Positions 55,901-56,296 of a DNA stretch of 56,296 nucleotides are shown here, one piece after another (within the stretch, counting starts at the first letter, position 1; each line of letters opens with the position of its first letter). The DNA is taken from the IMG/VR virus record IMGVR_UViG_3300045912_000306, positions 1 to 56,296 of that record; one strand, given 5' to 3'. The notes under the pieces are model-generated. The model was not told the DNA's origin, ran no database searches, and saw only the letters and a program-made list of their open reading frames with translations. This DNA comes from a virus (taxonomy: Duplodnaviria > Caudoviricetes). The position numbers and the translations under genes were made by a program.

Positions 55901-56167
55901 AATTAAACTTTGCTTGGGTTTGTTTTCTTGTGTTTGAAATAAATTGGTATTACTTTTTAATTGAGCAGATGGTTCGCTTACATTATTGTTGGAAATATCT
56001 ACACCCAATCTTTTCAGAGAAACCAGTTCTTTGGGTGTGGTTGTGGGATCTTCTATTTTGCTTTTAGCCCAATCATCAAACGTGAGGATACCCGATTTTT
56101 TATTATCAGTTTGAATACTATTCCCATTTTGACTTTTTAACCAATCTGAAAATTTTAGTACTGTCAT
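49943..56167 (-). CDS. Large polyvalent internal virion protein (J-domain, two HExxH motifs, LPD38-like C-terminus)
   Basis: 2074 aa; LHPDKGG, HELAH, HEAGH, PFISFLY and NYDPFTAKKIY motifs. Confidence 0.75.
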   Translation of the reverse strand: MTVLKFSDWLKSQNGNSIQTDNKKSGILTFDDWAKSKIEDPTTTPKELVSLKRLGVDISNNNVSEPSAQLKSNTNLFQTQENKPKQSLIEKYILGPAIKNTENFIDSYKNTIKKKQEETTRFYKDVLGLGKLAESVGNAELAIPVSKDKKVAIMTQKGFFGSGELKPGEEETPLKIKEFFQPESWKGGRVGRAVSSDVSSVLNAMFMRGLMSGQIPFRLPIGASPQDIAKNAVSFGTLWTAINTALKKMSGEEITPRNTAETFATSAFLGALSTRPTPLNGVPTTELAFARNRLKKYGFELKDYESPEILRSKFADVVKRLHPDKGGNPDEFKSFMEDFRKVTSAEPPSGILTSFDNLKNWIKNLWKKQPETKPGDGAIVKVNQPQTNVREQTTLPPEFNPQSEISRVVQNKIEQARANLPSGTGSGLEGTPLGNLEGQQVTQPNQTQMGQQTPIQTTTQQTAGVDIAKDLPQIAQQYPKEFKYAQKIIKQGVGTNGFIRDTLLEQYNNIMDEVSKTWGVPKIPVVISTEPLSRGGGKASLVTAKVSNGGKEAKETPRKIIVYDNGLGDIESFSHELAHYIELQNGRGLGHTSSHDNLTSDIAQWLIANKTKYPLTDKETLSKIYQTARNFNQPPTKPTEVSIPKELKNEPDKSFYGNVEQVTSKDLADIKAPTESFQYTKKDVDAILDEVRGALFVEDVDAAKALYEVIPKELRPPFEDLVEEVSNAQDEFLNEQNELLNEARKAVGEEKWASHLVNPGSAKELKVINKFKSFLRRNADVRSKKTGELYREHIPASKFGISSDEVASALGMTENEFMQMLMEEISSTPPKFRARREKKTPVVSVSSSNFAQRPTFITDKGFDYSYQSAAVVNVDSGDVRQVKASEYRKATSPENARVLVIGHAREVPIFKISYDENKFLRESGKLSEIDWRNIGSKVANALINKGVDPDSTVSYDKGDFVGTLRELSNLSTNPVNFKTGQNDQFITTTGGRAGDPPPTGKPELDELQKEILKEAENRYVPEMYIGKEVRPNTFVYNNIYSKKAYQLWDGIVQLISNAPIIKKITPQEGRPEVAFRLLKEKVRIADGMYQRAQEDYIKPLRKLSSEESEKLIEMLSGYIPVTEKYRGRVIDIGAEISKYSLAIGREFQYQVEQGYISPQDAKWSVDLAKTTVGRYTRSFYINGIDKEGKPIISQPAGFSPNRLSTSIFKKKLTLEEWGLEALSHDGQVEDRNVEALGFPEKITKQLKGKYTITDLASIDEQTLLKNLSVPKVKIKVTIDEVLRKQLNNLIDSLGVERGRVLSLRGKKLGHYLGGENKIETIIGDDEKVLSHEAGHAIDYSYDLKKLFFENENYRQRVSIKHELRAVSDLRYSKAETILGESPTPSYKKYVRKRGEQVAEFVSLYVTDRELAKQLAPTAVDVFENFILSQEKLKPLIEMKSTRTLGTEIYLASPTNIAKKIIKNAKKLVDSGSVIKVSDEDLKEIGLAAKKEAGWVTQADAVLDRTLKSLIHNYTTLVYLRNIRENPELFSKEEKEGFIPVSDIVSKGYNKDLGPLKGGWVHPGLEQDLTAMVKYGKDTWINNFFGEIISWWKISKTSLSLDTGIRNWISGHYIQTYMAGFPVWHPENTHVYVGSVKDYITKGQRYKFWRDRGLYGSDYFNVEINTKEMESVEKASNPMKKFGEIVEKKLGLNNREITRQNIKESVIIQYYGQIDHIARTYLAECAIRNGLTPEQAIEFANKWELNYKIVPLIIDAFRKGVGGVISPFISFLYLMIPRVLEVLVTRPWVYLTIFLALKAVREFGKVMLNMTDNQYEANMPEWVQKNKQTATVLPVLDSNGNPIYMSFAYILPFSLPDPEKPLTWTFIDFNQAQNLFTGGQPFLQVYQNIVNNYDPFTAKKIYDGDYDPDKAKKILEYMAKQLGPGSITAAERIAKAFSGEKTGYPIKQPPSKGVAIARSLGMPAYSGGENVVLGKIRSKEKEIDDITFKIKQVMSSNDTIEEKKRKISFLVEQRNKKRQEIVQLRTGLYFSNQASLNDDVPDILKKVIQNTFTFRKKEDNPLKNILPFEKFSTQR

Positions 56168-56169
56168 AC

Positions 56170-56296
56170 ATATTCAAGCGTGGAGACCCACGACTTCAGT
56201 CGTGTGGAGGAAACGCTTGACCTCCTAACTATTATATGATATAGTTTATCTATATGCAACTGTCTATTAAAGTTAAGCTTATTCCCAACCAAGAGC
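56170..56296. repeat. Copy of bases 1-127
   Basis: Exact match. Confidence 0.9.

Noticed and set aside
1467-56067. Numerous short plus-strand ORFs opposite minus-strand genes
   Set aside because: Antisense shadows with no SD, promoter or recognisable motif.
56170-56296. Biological direct terminal repeat, or a second IS copy
   Set aside because: It is exactly 127 nt and ends mid-tnpB, which fits an assembler overlap on a circular contig.

Overview
The window is an apparently complete, circularly closed dsDNA phage genome of about 56,169 bp. Bases 1-127 repeat at 56170-56296, most likely as an assembly overlap. Gene content suggests a podovirus-type Caudoviricetes phage, and almost all genes lie on the minus strand. 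In transcription order these are: small early/middle genes (SSB-like, LmbU-like, resolvase, RNA ligase, two DNA methyltransferases), a COOH-NH2 ligase plus glutamine amidotransferase pair, a repeat-rich noncoding region with a small plus-strand island, lysis genes, an HTH replication initiator with iterons, terminase, portal, scaffold, capsid, a fibre plus glycosyltransferase module, tail proteins and ejection proteins including a 2074-aa polyvalent protein. I recognised no DNA polymerase, helicase, integrase, repressor, tRNA or CRISPR array. The clearest features missing from the ORF track are a 246-nt ORF-less group I intron splitting the capsid gene, a tnpB-only IS200/IS605 element inside the ejection operon, and a nonsense-interrupted lytic transglycosylase gene. 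The best candidate for an undescribed system is a set of intergenic structured RNAs. Three share a GAGGCG/CGCCU closing stem, two of these flank the RNA ligase gene, and one has a predicted kissing-loop pseudoknot. Protein calls rest on motifs recognised by eye and RNA folds were worked out by hand; no searches were run.
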